Program-made: the position numbers and the translations under genes
Shown: one piece after another, positions 36,830 through 45,277 of the stretch
Layout: each line of letters starts with the position of its first letter
Position numbering within the stretch: the first letter of the stretch is position 1
Virus record (IMG/VR): IMGVR_UViG_3300038530_003247
Location: 32,001-96,000 of that record
Direction: 5' to 3' (one strand)
Length of the DNA stretch: 64,000 nt
Source of the DNA: a virus
Taxonomy: Duplodnaviria; Caudoviricetes
Notes under the pieces: model-generated
What the model was told of the DNA's origin: nothing
The model's input: only the letters and a program-made list of their open reading frames with translations
Databases searched by the model: none

Positions 36830-36857
36830 TTGACACCGTCCTCTCAGGAGTTATAAT
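36830..36857 (+). promoter_or_regulatory. Sigma70 promoter of the tRNA cluster
   Basis: TTGACA-N16-TATAAT. Confidence 0.75.
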
Positions 36858-36884
36858 AAAAGGGTTGAGAGGGAAACCACTCAA

Positions 36885-36933
36885 CTGCGGTGACTCCCTT
36901 GGTGGTTCAGGGTCAGCGGCGATAGGAACCACC
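36885..36933 (+). ncRNA. Pseudoknotted RNA element in the tRNA leader
   Basis: TGACTCCCT/AGGGTCA crossed by GGTGGTTC/GAACCACC. Confidence 0.45.
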
Positions 36934-36937
36934 TAAT

Positions 36938-37011
36938 GGGTCCGTAGCTCAGTGGAATAGAGCATCGCTCTTCTAAAGCGTTGGTCGTTGGTTCGAATCC
37001 AACCGGACCCG
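36938..37011 (+). tRNA. tRNA-Arg(UCU)
   Basis: Cloverleaf, GGGTCCG/CGGACCC, loop CT-TCT-AA, GTTCGAATC. Confidence 0.93.
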
Positions 37012-37031
37012 TTGGTAACTCTGTTACCTTT

Positions 37032-37104
37032 GCCTTCTTAGCTCAGCTGGTAGAGCAGGGCTTTTGTAAAGCTCAGGTCGTCGGTTCAAGTCCGTCAGAA
37101 GGCT
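37032..37104 (+). tRNA. tRNA-Thr(UGU)
   Basis: GCCTTCT/AGAAGGC, loop TT-TGT-AA. Confidence 0.93.
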
Positions 37105-37106
37105 CC

Positions 37107-37178
37107 GCGGAATTAGTTCAGTGGTAGAACGCCATCCTTCCAAGTTGGATGTCACCGGTTCGAATCCGGTATTCCGCT
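37107..37178 (+). tRNA. tRNA-Gly(UCC)
   Basis: GCGGAAT/ATTCCGC, loop CT-TCC-AA. Confidence 0.93.
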
Positions 37179-37195
37179 TTCCCTTCGGGGAACAT

Positions 37196-37267
37196 TCCTC
37201 TGTAGCTCAGCGGTAGAGCCATCGACTGTTAATCGATTGGTCCCAGGTTCGAATCCTGGCGGGGGAG
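37196..37267 (+). tRNA. tRNA-Asn(GUU)
   Basis: TCCTCTG/CGGGGGA, ATCGA-CT-GTT-AA-TCGAT. Confidence 0.93.
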
Positions 37268-37270
37268 TAA

Positions 37271-37438
37271 ACGGACTGGAATACATCCGTGCTCGCGTCT
37301 CCAGGAGAAAAAAGAACTGGAAAACCAACCCACGCGGGAGAGAGGTGGGATCCCTCTTGGTGCCCCCTCTGCTGACGAGCAGAGGGTATTATAAAATACC
37401 AGGACTTTGGTCCGAATTGCAGGTTGGTTCACCTGCCA
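37271..37438 (+). ncRNA. Multi-stem structured RNA between tRNA-Asn and tRNA-Val (family not assigned)
   Basis: At least 7 GC-rich stems plus an 8-bp long-range AACCAACC/GGTTGGTT complement. Confidence 0.55.
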
Positions 37439-37439
37439 C

Positions 37440-37511
37440 GCCCGAATAGCTCAGCGGTAGAGCACCTCCTTTACACGGAGATTGTCGGGGGTTCGATCCC
37501 CTCTTCGGGCA
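37440..37511 (+). tRNA. tRNA-Val(UAC)
   Basis: GCCCGAA/TTCGGGC, loop TT-TAC-AC. Confidence 0.93.
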
Positions 37512-37527
37512 TTTCATACAAAGACTT

Positions 37528-37758
37528 ATGTGGAGAATCTGGTGTTACGCACTTGGTAAAAAGGAAGGCCGCAACAAGAAAGATGCAGATCGAATTGCTC
37601 TCATAAGATCTTTCATACTTCTCACATATCTCATCACTAATTGCTTCATTATCGCTGGTGTTGTCAGACACTGGAACACTGAAGGTAAGACATTGATTTA
37701 CATGTGTCAGGAAGAAAGAAACATGAGAAGGTCTTGTACATTAGTGTCTGAAAATTAA
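37528..37758 (+). CDS. Small membrane protein conserved in marine T4-like phages
   Basis: MWRIWCYALGKKEG...AD.IALIRS...NCFIIAGVVRHW. Confidence 0.7.
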   Translation: MWRIWCYALGKKEGRNKKDADRIALIRSFILLTYLITNCFIIAGVVRHWNTEGKTLIYMCQEERNMRRSCTLVSEN

Positions 37759-37820
37759 CACATAAGATTTATTATTAACATTAATTCTCTTATAATTAGT
37801 TGAGCAATAAAGATTTTTGT

Positions 37821-38144
37821 ATGAAATTTCTATTCACACTAATCGCAACATTGTTCATCGCTTTCCCTGCCTGGGCAGTGGATGTAACCATGGGATCAAA
37901 CGGTAATCTGGTTTTTGAACCAAATGAAATCACCATCTCTTCAGGTGATACTGTTCACTTTGTGAATGGTATGTTACCCCCACACAATATCATCGTTGAG
38001 GGAAGAGATGATCTTTCGAAAGACCAACTCCTGTTTGCAACAGGAGATACACAAGACATTGTCTTTCCCGATGCTGGTGACTATAATTTCTATTGTGGGC
38101 CTCACCAAGGCGCTGGAATGACGGGAGTTGTGCATGTACAATGA
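37821..38144 (+). CDS. petE: Plastocyanin
   Basis: Signal peptide, PHN, C-GPH-QGAGM copper ligands. Confidence 0.95.
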   Translation: MKFLFTLIATLFIAFPAWAVDVTMGSNGNLVFEPNEITISSGDTVHFVNGMLPPHNIIVEGRDDLSKDQLLFATGDTQDIVFPDAGDYNFYCGPHQGAGMTGVVHVQ

Positions 38145-38284
38145 TTGATGAACATGGTTGGACACAAAGAGATCCTATCAGTGATGATGAGTTGATTCTT
38201 TTGTGTGTCAAGAATGCCCCTTGTGGTACAGATAGAAAACAAGTATTGGCCCTTATCAAAAAGTACGAAGAAAAATTAAAATGA
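38141..38284 (+). CDS. Small hypothetical protein
   Basis: ATGA overlaps at both ends. Confidence 0.6.
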   Translation: MIDEHGWTQRDPISDDELILLCVKNAPCGTDRKQVLALIKKYEEKLK

Positions 38285-38991
38285 AAATCTTTTTAGACAC
38301 AGCTGACACTGAAGTAATTAGAGAGTACTTCGATACTGGTCTTGTTGATGGGGTAACAACTAACCCAACTCTTATTCGAAAGTCTGGACGGAATCCAGAG
38401 GATGTTTATCAGGAAATCAAAGACATTGGTGTCAAGGATATCAGTATGGAAGTTAGTGGAACTGCTGCTGAGATGTACCATGAAGGACGTAGACTTCACT
38501 TAAAGTTTGGTGATGTTACCACTATCAAAGTTCCTTGTACCAGAGATGGTCTGAGTGTATGTAAACAGCTCTCCAGGGAACTCATCAAAACAAACGTCAC
38601 ACTCGTCTTCTGTGCCAGTCAGGCAATCCTGGCAGCCAAGGCAGGAGCAACTTATGTTTCTCCTTTCGTTGGTCGTCTTGATGACCAGTCCGTTGCTGGT
38701 CTTGAGGTGGTCCGTTCTATCTCTGAACTTTACAGAATTCATGGGATGAGAACTCAGGTTCTTTCTGCATCGATTCGTTCTATTCAGAGAGTTGTTCGTT
38801 CCTATTACAATGGAGCTCAAATCGTCACAATGCCACCAGACATCTTTGATAAGATGTATGATCACATTCTTACAGACGCAGGAATGGAAATCTTTGAGAA
38901 GGATCTAAAGATGACTGAAGCATTGACGAGACTTCATAATGACATCCGTAAAGCTGAGGCCGAATCCTCAGACTATGGTGTCGGTAAATAA
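38281..38991 (+). CDS. talC: Transaldolase TalC
   Basis: FLDTAD, GVTTNPTLI, IKVP, NVTLVF, YVSPFVGRLDD. Confidence 0.96.
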   Translation: MKIFLDTADTEVIREYFDTGLVDGVTTNPTLIRKSGRNPEDVYQEIKDIGVKDISMEVSGTAAEMYHEGRRLHLKFGDVTTIKVPCTRDGLSVCKQLSRELIKTNVTLVFCASQAILAAKAGATYVSPFVGRLDDQSVAGLEVVRSISELYRIHGMRTQVLSASIRSIQRVVRSYYNGAQIVTMPPDIFDKMYDHILTDAGMEIFEKDLKMTEALTRLHNDIRKAEAESSDYGVGK

Positions 38992-39017
38992 ATAACCAAG
39001 TAAACTTTTACAAACAT

Positions 39018-39152
39018 ATGAAACTTTTACAAATTGCTGGACTCCTCGGAGTAGTCGCTTTCCTTGGTGCTGGCGTGATTCACGGCCAGTTCCATATTTA
39101 CAATAGCTCAATTCCTCACGTTCATGAGAATGGTGTAGTTCACGCTCACTGA
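39018..39152 (+). CDS. His-rich membrane microprotein (44 aa)
   Basis: MKLLQIAGLLGVVAFLGAGVIHGQFHIYNSSIPHVHENGVVHAH; TAAATA upstream. Confidence 0.6.
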   Translation: MKLLQIAGLLGVVAFLGAGVIHGQFHIYNSSIPHVHENGVVHAH

Positions 39153-39179
39153 TAAATATGTTCATGAACATATCATATT

Positions 39180-39377
39180 ATGGATTACAAACCTTATTCC
39201 CCAGAATGGCATCGCAAAAGATACCTAAAAGAGGCACTAGATAAGTACCTTGATGACTATATTGAAAATGACATTATTGTGGGGGACATTCTGAATATTA
39301 TTTGTGCTCGTCAGGAACGGGCACAAACAGAATATCAAAAATTAGAAGACTTAGAATCAAAACTTCGCAAGAAATAA
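39180..39377 (+). CDS. Conserved cyanophage hypothetical protein
   Basis: YKPYSPEWHRKRYLKEALD. Confidence 0.7.
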   Translation: MDYKPYSPEWHRKRYLKEALDKYLDDYIENDIIVGDILNIICARQERAQTEYQKLEDLESKLRKK

Positions 39378-39381
39378 AAAA

Positions 39382-39696
39382 ATGCTATCTACCCAATATA
39401 GACTCCGTTTAGAGTCCATTTGTCGGTGCATCGCAAATAAAGAAGAGGTGCCACTAGAAGACATGATCTGGGCAGAGAAGTTAGCTAAGGCAAACACAAC
39501 AGCTCGAGATTGGTTGAAGAAGGCTCGTCGTCAATCTTCTCAAGATATCGAAGAAGGTTCGGTCGATGATTTTATGAATAGGATGGGTCTTGGGGACCCC
39601 GATCCATCTAATCACAAAACGGGGTTCTCTGGAGCGGATGAAATCGTGGATTGGTTTAAGCAAGATAAACCTGATGATTGGAGGCAGAGGGATTAA
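39382..39696 (+). CDS. Conserved cyanophage hypothetical protein
   Basis: MLSTQYRLRLE...DDWRQRD. Confidence 0.75.
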   Translation: MLSTQYRLRLESICRCIANKEEVPLEDMIWAEKLAKANTTARDWLKKARRQSSQDIEEGSVDDFMNRMGLGDPDPSNHKTGFSGADEIVDWFKQDKPDDWRQRD

Positions 39697-39944
39697 TGCA
39701 ATCAGTAATCTATTCAAATAAAAATCAAGAGTCAGAAAGAGCTGTTATGCTTCTCTCAAATGTGAGAGAAGATTTCCATGAGTATGTTCTGGGTAGGGAC
39801 TTCACTGAGAATCAATTTAAAGCAGAGTTTGGTGAAACTGCTGAATATCCACAGATTGCTATTGGATTAGTTCATAGAGGAGGGTTGAAAGAGACTCTTC
39901 AGTTCATGAAAGAAAACAATTATTTTGACTTAGAAAATGAATGA
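39696..39944 (+). CDS. Glutaredoxin-like protein lacking CxxC
   Basis: IYS...ERA..LL, FG..AEYPQI, H.GGLKETL. Confidence 0.65.
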   Translation: MQSVIYSNKNQESERAVMLLSNVREDFHEYVLGRDFTENQFKAEFGETAEYPQIAIGLVHRGGLKETLQFMKENNYFDLENE

Positions 39945-40110
39945 GGTTGTTAGAGGTCTTATGGGGAATGACTTTTTCCTCGCCTCACTTTGTTATCTTC
40001 TAGTTGTAGTTCCCACACTGGGGATTGCTTATGTCCATAGACCAAAGAAAAAGGTTGAGTTGTCTGATGAGGACAAACACCTTTACACAAATCACGATGA
40101 GGGTCCTTGA
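39937..40110 (+). CDS. Small membrane protein (57 aa)
   Basis: Hydrophobic FFLASLCYLLVVVPTLGIAYV; coupled overlap. Confidence 0.55.
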   Translation: MNEVVRGLMGNDFFLASLCYLLVVVPTLGIAYVHRPKKKVELSDEDKHLYTNHDEGP

Positions 40111-40135
40111 CAGAAACCTTCCTTTCCCTTACAAT
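40107..40135 (+). promoter_or_regulatory. Sigma70-type early promoter
   Basis: TTGACA-N17-TACAAT. Confidence 0.7.
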
Positions 40136-40156
40136 AAGAGAGTAAACAGTTAAATC

Positions 40157-40363
40157 ATGACCATCACAACAAAGTTCAAGAAGGATCTTCAAACTCTTGA
40201 GGGTGCTGCTAACGGTGACTTCTTCCTTGACGTGAAGAATCCAAAACTTTTCAAAAAGGTCCGTAAGTTTTATGAGAACGACGGTGTAGAATTCTCTGGT
40301 GATCCTCTGGATGACTATGATATTCTTATTGATTGTATTGCTGAAGACCTGGAAACTAAGTGA
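40157..40363 (+). CDS. Conserved cyanophage hypothetical protein
   Basis: LDVKNPKLFKKVRKFYE..GV.FSGDPLDDY. Confidence 0.7.
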   Translation: MTITTKFKKDLQTLEGAANGDFFLDVKNPKLFKKVRKFYENDGVEFSGDPLDDYDILIDCIAEDLETK

Positions 40364-40365
40364 TC

Positions 40366-40620
40366 ATGACAACTAAAGTTATTTTTGAAAGGTTCCCGTA
40401 CAGGTACGTTGAAGTCGGCATGCTGGAAAACGGATGTGGGGATTACCGAATTCAAAAAGCAGATAACTATACTAACAGGTATCGTGACATGTATCTTCTG
40501 GATAACAAGATGCAAATGATCACGGCAATTGATGACTTCGAATATACGAAGTGGCTTGATCCCGAAGGGATTCCCTGTTATATTAAAGACACAGTATCAA
40601 AAAAAGAGACTTATGACTGA
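40366..40620 (+). CDS. Conserved cyanophage hypothetical protein
   Basis: ERFPYRYVE.G.LENG..DYRIQK. Confidence 0.7.
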   Translation: MTTKVIFERFPYRYVEVGMLENGCGDYRIQKADNYTNRYRDMYLLDNKMQMITAIDDFEYTKWLDPEGIPCYIKDTVSKKETYD

Positions 40621-40822
40621 GCAACAAGACCATCTGAAAAGCTTGATTCAACAATCAGACAATCTGGCAAAAGAACTTCAAGAACTTCAAGCACAGGTTG
40701 ATAACAAACGCCAATTGTTACTTAAAGTTCAAGGTGCAATCGAATACCTTATTCAAACTGGAGTTAAACTCGATGAAGAGCCAGTAGAGGAGTCAGTAGA
40801 AGAACCAACTGAAGATGAGTAA
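40613..40822 (+). CDS. Coiled-coil hypothetical protein
   Basis: Heptad pattern, QGAIEYL. Confidence 0.65.
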   Translation: MTEQQDHLKSLIQQSDNLAKELQELQAQVDNKRQLLLKVQGAIEYLIQTGVKLDEEPVEESVEEPTEDE

Positions 40823-40840
40823 AACTTAAAAGGAGACACG

Positions 40841-41140
40841 ATGGCCCTCAAATGGGAAACAGAAGAACTGGAGATCCTCAAAAAGAGGGAGGTTATTATC
40901 TTTTCTGAAAACATCAAGAGAGAAGATCTGAATGATTCAGAACTACCAACAGATATTCATCTTGTCGAATATCGAATTGGTACAACACTTTTCTGTGATG
41001 CTGTTAGGTGTTACAAGAAAGTTCCAATCTTTGATGTTTACTTTGATAAGTTGAAACTCCTTGGTGGGGAGATCATCTCCATCACAAATGGTTATGGTAA
41101 AATCAAACCAAATCTATATCAAAAAGAAAAAGCAAAATAA
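40841..41140 (+). CDS. Hypothetical protein
   Basis: AGGAG SD, 99 aa. Confidence 0.7.
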   Translation: MALKWETEELEILKKREVIIFSENIKREDLNDSELPTDIHLVEYRIGTTLFCDAVRCYKKVPIFDVYFDKLKLLGGEIISITNGYGKIKPNLYQKEKAK

Positions 41141-41229
41141 ATTCATAAAGTAATATGGGGAAGTTCGTCTTCCCCTTTCTTTTGCTTCTAAATATTAGAA
41201 AGTATCCATATCATCTAAGGTGTGTCATT

Positions 41230-41400
41230 ATGGACCAACACGATGAATACAGACAACTAGAGTGGGAGATCTACAAAGCAAACCAAGAAGTTCTAACCTC
41301 AGTAGTTGAGAACTTTGGAAAGCTGTCTGTTTCTGGAATAGACATAAATATGGATAGTCTAATTACAGGAATTTCACATGGAAAAGAAAAGGACGACTAG
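41230..41400 (+). CDS. Small hypothetical protein
   Basis: ATG downstream of TAAATA at 41188. Confidence 0.45.
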   Translation: MDQHDEYRQLEWEIYKANQEVLTSVVENFGKLSVSGIDINMDSLITGISHGKEKDD

Positions 41401-41524
41401 ACCCAGATCTGAAAGTGGTGCATCTATGTCGAAGTATGACGTTGAAGTAGAAGCAAGACTCCAAGCTCTTGAGGCAAAACTCGATGACCTCATCAAGAAG
41501 CTTTCCAAAAAGATGTCTTTCTGA
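41378..41524 (+). CDS. Small coiled-coil protein (48 aa)
   Basis: SGASMSKYDVEVEARLQALEAKLD. Confidence 0.6.
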   Translation: MEKKRTTRPRSESGASMSKYDVEVEARLQALEAKLDDLIKKLSKKMSF

Positions 41525-41553
41525 TAAAATACAATTACAGTAAATCTTAAATC

Positions 41554-42609
41554 ATGGTTGACTATAAGAAGACTGCACTTGTTCTTGGTGCGGGTGGATT
41601 CATTGGATCTCACATGGTGAAAAAGCTTCGGAGTGAAGGTTACTGGGTAAGAGGCGTAGACCTCAAGCGACCTGAATTCTCTGAGACACAAGCCAACGAA
41701 TTCATTCAGGGGGACCTGACTGATGTTGGTTTCGTTCGCCGTGTGTTAGAATTTCGTGGTTATAGTGGTAACTATTATGCGTCTGTTCCTTACAGACTCG
41801 TTCGTCCCTTTGATGAGATCTATCAATTCGCTGCTGACATGGGTGGTGCAGGTTTCGTCTTCACTGGTGAGAACGATGCTGAAATCATGCACAACTCTGT
41901 TACCATTAACTTGAATGTTCTTGAGGAACAACGCAAGTTGAATGACCAGAAGGGATCTAATTATACCAAGATCTTCTACTCTGGATCAGCTTGTATGTAC
42001 CCAGAACACAATCAACTTGATCCTGACAATCCTGACTGTCGTGAAGAATCAGCATACCCAGCAGACCCAGACTCAGAGTACGGATGGGAGAAACTCTTCT
42101 CCGAGCGTTTGTACTTTGCTTATAATCGCAATCATGGCATCCCTGTTCGGGTTGCTCGATATCATAACATCTTTGGGCCAGAAGGAACCTGGGAAGGAGG
42201 AAGGGAGAAAGCCCCAGCAGCCATGTGCAGGAAGGTAGCATATCTTCCTTATGATGGTGGAGCCATTGAGGTGTGGGGTGATGGTGAACAGACCCGTTCA
42301 TTTCTTTATATCGATGAGTGCATCGAAGCAACTCGTCGGTTGATGGACTCTGACTTCATGGGACCTGTCAACATTGGTTCTGAGGAGATGGTCACCATCA
42401 ATAAGTTGGTTGACACGGCAGCAAAGGTTGCCAATAAAGATGTTAAGAAGATTCACGTCGACGGACCTCTCGGTGTTCGTGGTCGTAACTCTAACAACGA
42501 TCTCATTCGTGAGAAGTTGGGTTGGGATTACTCACAGACATTGGAAGAAGGGATCCGTAAAACATACGAATGGATTAAAGAACAAGTATCATTGAATAAC
42601 AATAAATGA
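41554..42609 (+). CDS. GDP-mannose 3,5-epimerase-like NAD-dependent epimerase
   Basis: GAGGFIG, AADMGGAG, SACMYP, YGWEK, REKAPAA, GPLGVRGRNS. Confidence 0.85.
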   Translation: MVDYKKTALVLGAGGFIGSHMVKKLRSEGYWVRGVDLKRPEFSETQANEFIQGDLTDVGFVRRVLEFRGYSGNYYASVPYRLVRPFDEIYQFAADMGGAGFVFTGENDAEIMHNSVTINLNVLEEQRKLNDQKGSNYTKIFYSGSACMYPEHNQLDPDNPDCREESAYPADPDSEYGWEKLFSERLYFAYNRNHGIPVRVARYHNIFGPEGTWEGGREKAPAAMCRKVAYLPYDGGAIEVWGDGEQTRSFLYIDECIEATRRLMDSDFMGPVNIGSEEMVTINKLVDTAAKVANKDVKKIHVDGPLGVRGRNSNNDLIREKLGWDYSQTLEEGIRKTYEWIKEQVSLNNNK

Positions 42610-42749
42610 CAGTTCTTATTTTCTTGACGAGTGTGAGTGTTACTTTTTCTGGCCATGTGCCCGAGGAATGTAATCAGAATCACAGACAATATGATACTCA
42701 AAAAGAGAATCATATTCAAAGAACTTGTATCATTGAAAACAATAAATGA
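42577..42749 (+). repeat. Imperfect ~33-bp direct repeats (42577-42609, 42718-42749) flanking a 47-aa ORF (42606-42749)
   Basis: AAAGAACAAGTATCATTGAATAACAATAAATGA vs AAAGAACTTGTATCATTGAA-AACAATAAATGA. Confidence 0.7.
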
Positions 42750-43600
42750 GAGTTTTAATTCTTGGGTCAAGTGGGCAGATCGGTGCTTACTTGACCACTT
42801 ACCTGAGAGATCGGGGACATGAGGCGATTGAGTTTGACGTTGCTAGACATCATGGTCAAGATCTGACACAGATCCCAAACCATAATCTTGAACGTGAGGT
42901 GGAGAAGGCAGACTTTGTGTTCTTCCTTGCGTTTGATGTTGGTGGGTCACGTTATCTAAAGAAGTATCAACACACCTTCCAGTTTATCAATAATAACGCC
43001 AGGTTGATGGCGAACACATTTGGTTGCCTTGAGAAATGGAATAAACCATTCGTCTTTGCATCATCTCAGATGAGTAACATGAGTTACTCTCCTTATGGTG
43101 TTCTGAAGAATGTGGGAGAACTTTATACCAAATCTCTTGGTGGTCTGATCTGTCACTTCTGGAATGTTTATGGTATTGAGAAGGATCACGATAAGGCACA
43201 CGTCATCACGGACTTTATCCGTAAGGGATTTGAGACTGGTGTGATTGACATGATGACTGATGGCACAGAGGAGAGGGAGTTCCTTTACGCAGAAGATTGT
43301 TGTAAGGCATTGGAGATGTTGATGAACAATCATGAGAAGTTCACTCCAGAGGACCATCTTCACATCACCAGTTTCCATTCAACAACAATCAAAGAGGTTG
43401 CATCGATCATTCAAGGTCAGTTCAACATCATTGGTAAGAGTGTTGAAGTCCAACCAGCGGAAGCGAAAGATCAAGTTCAACTTGATAAGAGAAACTCAGC
43501 AAACACTTTTATCACAAAGTGGTGGTTACCAGAGACAACGATTGAACAAGGTATTTCTAAAGTATTTGAGGAAATGAAGAATGACTATTTCGTTCAATGA
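42746..43600 (+). CDS. NAD-dependent nucleotide-sugar epimerase/dehydratase
   Basis: GSSGQIG, FASS, YGVLK, NVYG, REFLYAED. Confidence 0.85.
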   Translation: MRVLILGSSGQIGAYLTTYLRDRGHEAIEFDVARHHGQDLTQIPNHNLEREVEKADFVFFLAFDVGGSRYLKKYQHTFQFINNNARLMANTFGCLEKWNKPFVFASSQMSNMSYSPYGVLKNVGELYTKSLGGLICHFWNVYGIEKDHDKAHVITDFIRKGFETGVIDMMTDGTEEREFLYAEDCCKALEMLMNNHEKFTPEDHLHITSFHSTTIKEVASIIQGQFNIIGKSVEVQPAEAKDQVQLDKRNSANTFITKWWLPETTIEQGISKVFEEMKNDYFVQ

Positions 43601-44474
43601 TCTTGGTAGAGCAGGTCGTCTGGGTAACCAGATGTTTCAGTATGCTGCTCTGAGAGGAATTGCAGCACATAAAGGTTACAACTGGATGATCCCTCCTGAG
43701 GATGTTCCTCGTCCAGATAACTATGGTCTTCATGAGGCATTCGAACTTACTAATTGTAAGCCCGAGAATGTTGGTGAGCAAAGAACAAAGCAACTCTCTT
43801 GGAGAGAGTTTCATTACAATCAGGACCTGATGGATAACATTCCTGATGGAATTGATGTGGATGGATACTTCCAGACAGAGAGATGGTTCAAACACATCGA
43901 GGACGAGATTAGAGAAGACTTTACTTTCAAGAACGAGTGGCTGGATCCTTGTCTTGAGTACATTGAGAGTATTGGAAATAAGAAACTGGTTTCTCTTCAC
44001 ATCAGAAGAGGTAATCCCAACCTCCAGGGTGAGAGAGGAGAGAAGTGGTCTTATCAACTACTTCAACACACTCATCCTTTGATGAAACAAGAATATTATG
44101 AGAGAGCACTTTCACACTTCGATGATGATTATCAGGTGTTAGTGTTCTCAGATGTGATTGATTGGTGTAAGAGACAACCATGGTTGCAAGGTGACAGGTT
44201 CCTTTTCTCTGACAACTCAAAGATGTTGTTTGAGGATGGTGCATCTGTTCCATATGTGGACCTGTGTTTGATGAGCCTCTGCTCTGATGCCATCATCGCC
44301 AACAGCAGTATGAGTTGGTGGGGTGCTTGGTTGATTAACAATCCTGACAAGAAAGTGGTTGCACCTAACCCTTGGTTTGGACCTGCAGTATCTCATTACA
44401 TCATGGACGATCTGATCCCTGAAGGTTGGATCGAGGAGTATAACGACCCTGCAGAAGTTCCCCCAGAAGTATGA
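43581..44474 (+). CDS. GT11 alpha-1,2-fucosyltransferase-like
   Basis: GRLGNQMFQYA, GYFQ, HIRRG, FSD, NSSMSWWGAWL. Confidence 0.88.
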   Translation: MTISFNDLGRAGRLGNQMFQYAALRGIAAHKGYNWMIPPEDVPRPDNYGLHEAFELTNCKPENVGEQRTKQLSWREFHYNQDLMDNIPDGIDVDGYFQTERWFKHIEDEIREDFTFKNEWLDPCLEYIESIGNKKLVSLHIRRGNPNLQGERGEKWSYQLLQHTHPLMKQEYYERALSHFDDDYQVLVFSDVIDWCKRQPWLQGDRFLFSDNSKMLFEDGASVPYVDLCLMSLCSDAIIANSSMSWWGAWLINNPDKKVVAPNPWFGPAVSHYIMDDLIPEGWIEEYNDPAEVPPEV

Positions 44475-45277
44475 TTGGTTTTAATTATCTTGGAAAACTA
44501 GGACAACTTGGCAATCAGATGTTCCAGTATGCGACTGTGATGGGAGTGGCAAAGAACATTGGCACTTCCTATTGCATTCCAAATCATGATGAAGTTTTTG
44601 ATGATGGAATTGGAAACAAACTTAGGATTGAATTGTTCAATGCCTTTGACATTAATCCAGAGAGAACTGGTTTTGTTCCTGGACCAAACATTCAAGAGAA
44701 GGACTTTACCTTTGACCCTTCTCTGTTTGAGATCCCATCTAGTCATGATGTATCTCTTGTTGGTTTCTTCCAGACACAGAGATACTTTGAACACATTGCC
44801 GATGAGGTGAGAAAGGAATTCAAGTTCAGACAACACATCGTTAATGATTGTAAGGAGATTGTTGAGGAGGTCTTTGAGGACCCCATTGCACTTCACATTA
44901 GAAGAGGTGATTATCTAATCAACTCTGACAATCATCACAACTTATCTTTAGAATATTACAAACAAGCACTCAAACAATTCTCTAGAAGGAGACAGGTGAT
45001 TATCTTTACAGATGACCCTGAGTGGGCATCTAAACAAAAGATATTTAAATCAGATAGGTTTGTAGTTTCAGAAGGGACTGGTTCTTACCATGACCTTTAT
45101 CTGATGACACAGTGTAGTGATTTCATTATCGCTAACTCAACTTATTCTTGGTGGGGTGCGTGGTTAGCAAACCACGGAAGAGTGATTGCACCAGCAAGAT
45201 GGTTTGGTCCCAACAATCAACATAAATCACTCAAAGATCTTTATCCATCTCATTGGGAAATCTTAGATTATGATTGA
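44471..45277 (+). CDS. GT11 alpha-1,2-fucosyltransferase-like
   Basis: GQLGNQMFQYA, HIRRGDY, NSTYSWWGAWL. Confidence 0.88.
   Translation: MIGFNYLGKLGQLGNQMFQYATVMGVAKNIGTSYCIPNHDEVFDDGIGNKLRIELFNAFDINPERTGFVPGPNIQEKDFTFDPSLFEIPSSHDVSLVGFFQTQRYFEHIADEVRKEFKFRQHIVNDCKEIVEEVFEDPIALHIRRGDYLINSDNHHNLSLEYYKQALKQFSRRRQVIIFTDDPEWASKQKIFKSDRFVVSEGTGSYHDLYLMTQCSDFIIANSTYSWWGAWLANHGRVIAPARWFGPNNQHKSLKDLYPSHWEILDYD

Noticed and set aside
36885-36933. HDV-like (theta) ribozyme beside a tRNA
   Set aside because: There is no P3/L3 between P2 and the P1 3' strand, and it lies 5' rather than 3' of the tRNA.
39036-39092. tRNA-like GC-rich stretch ending in TTCCA
   Set aside because: No T-loop or cloverleaf; it is explained by the 44-aa ORF.
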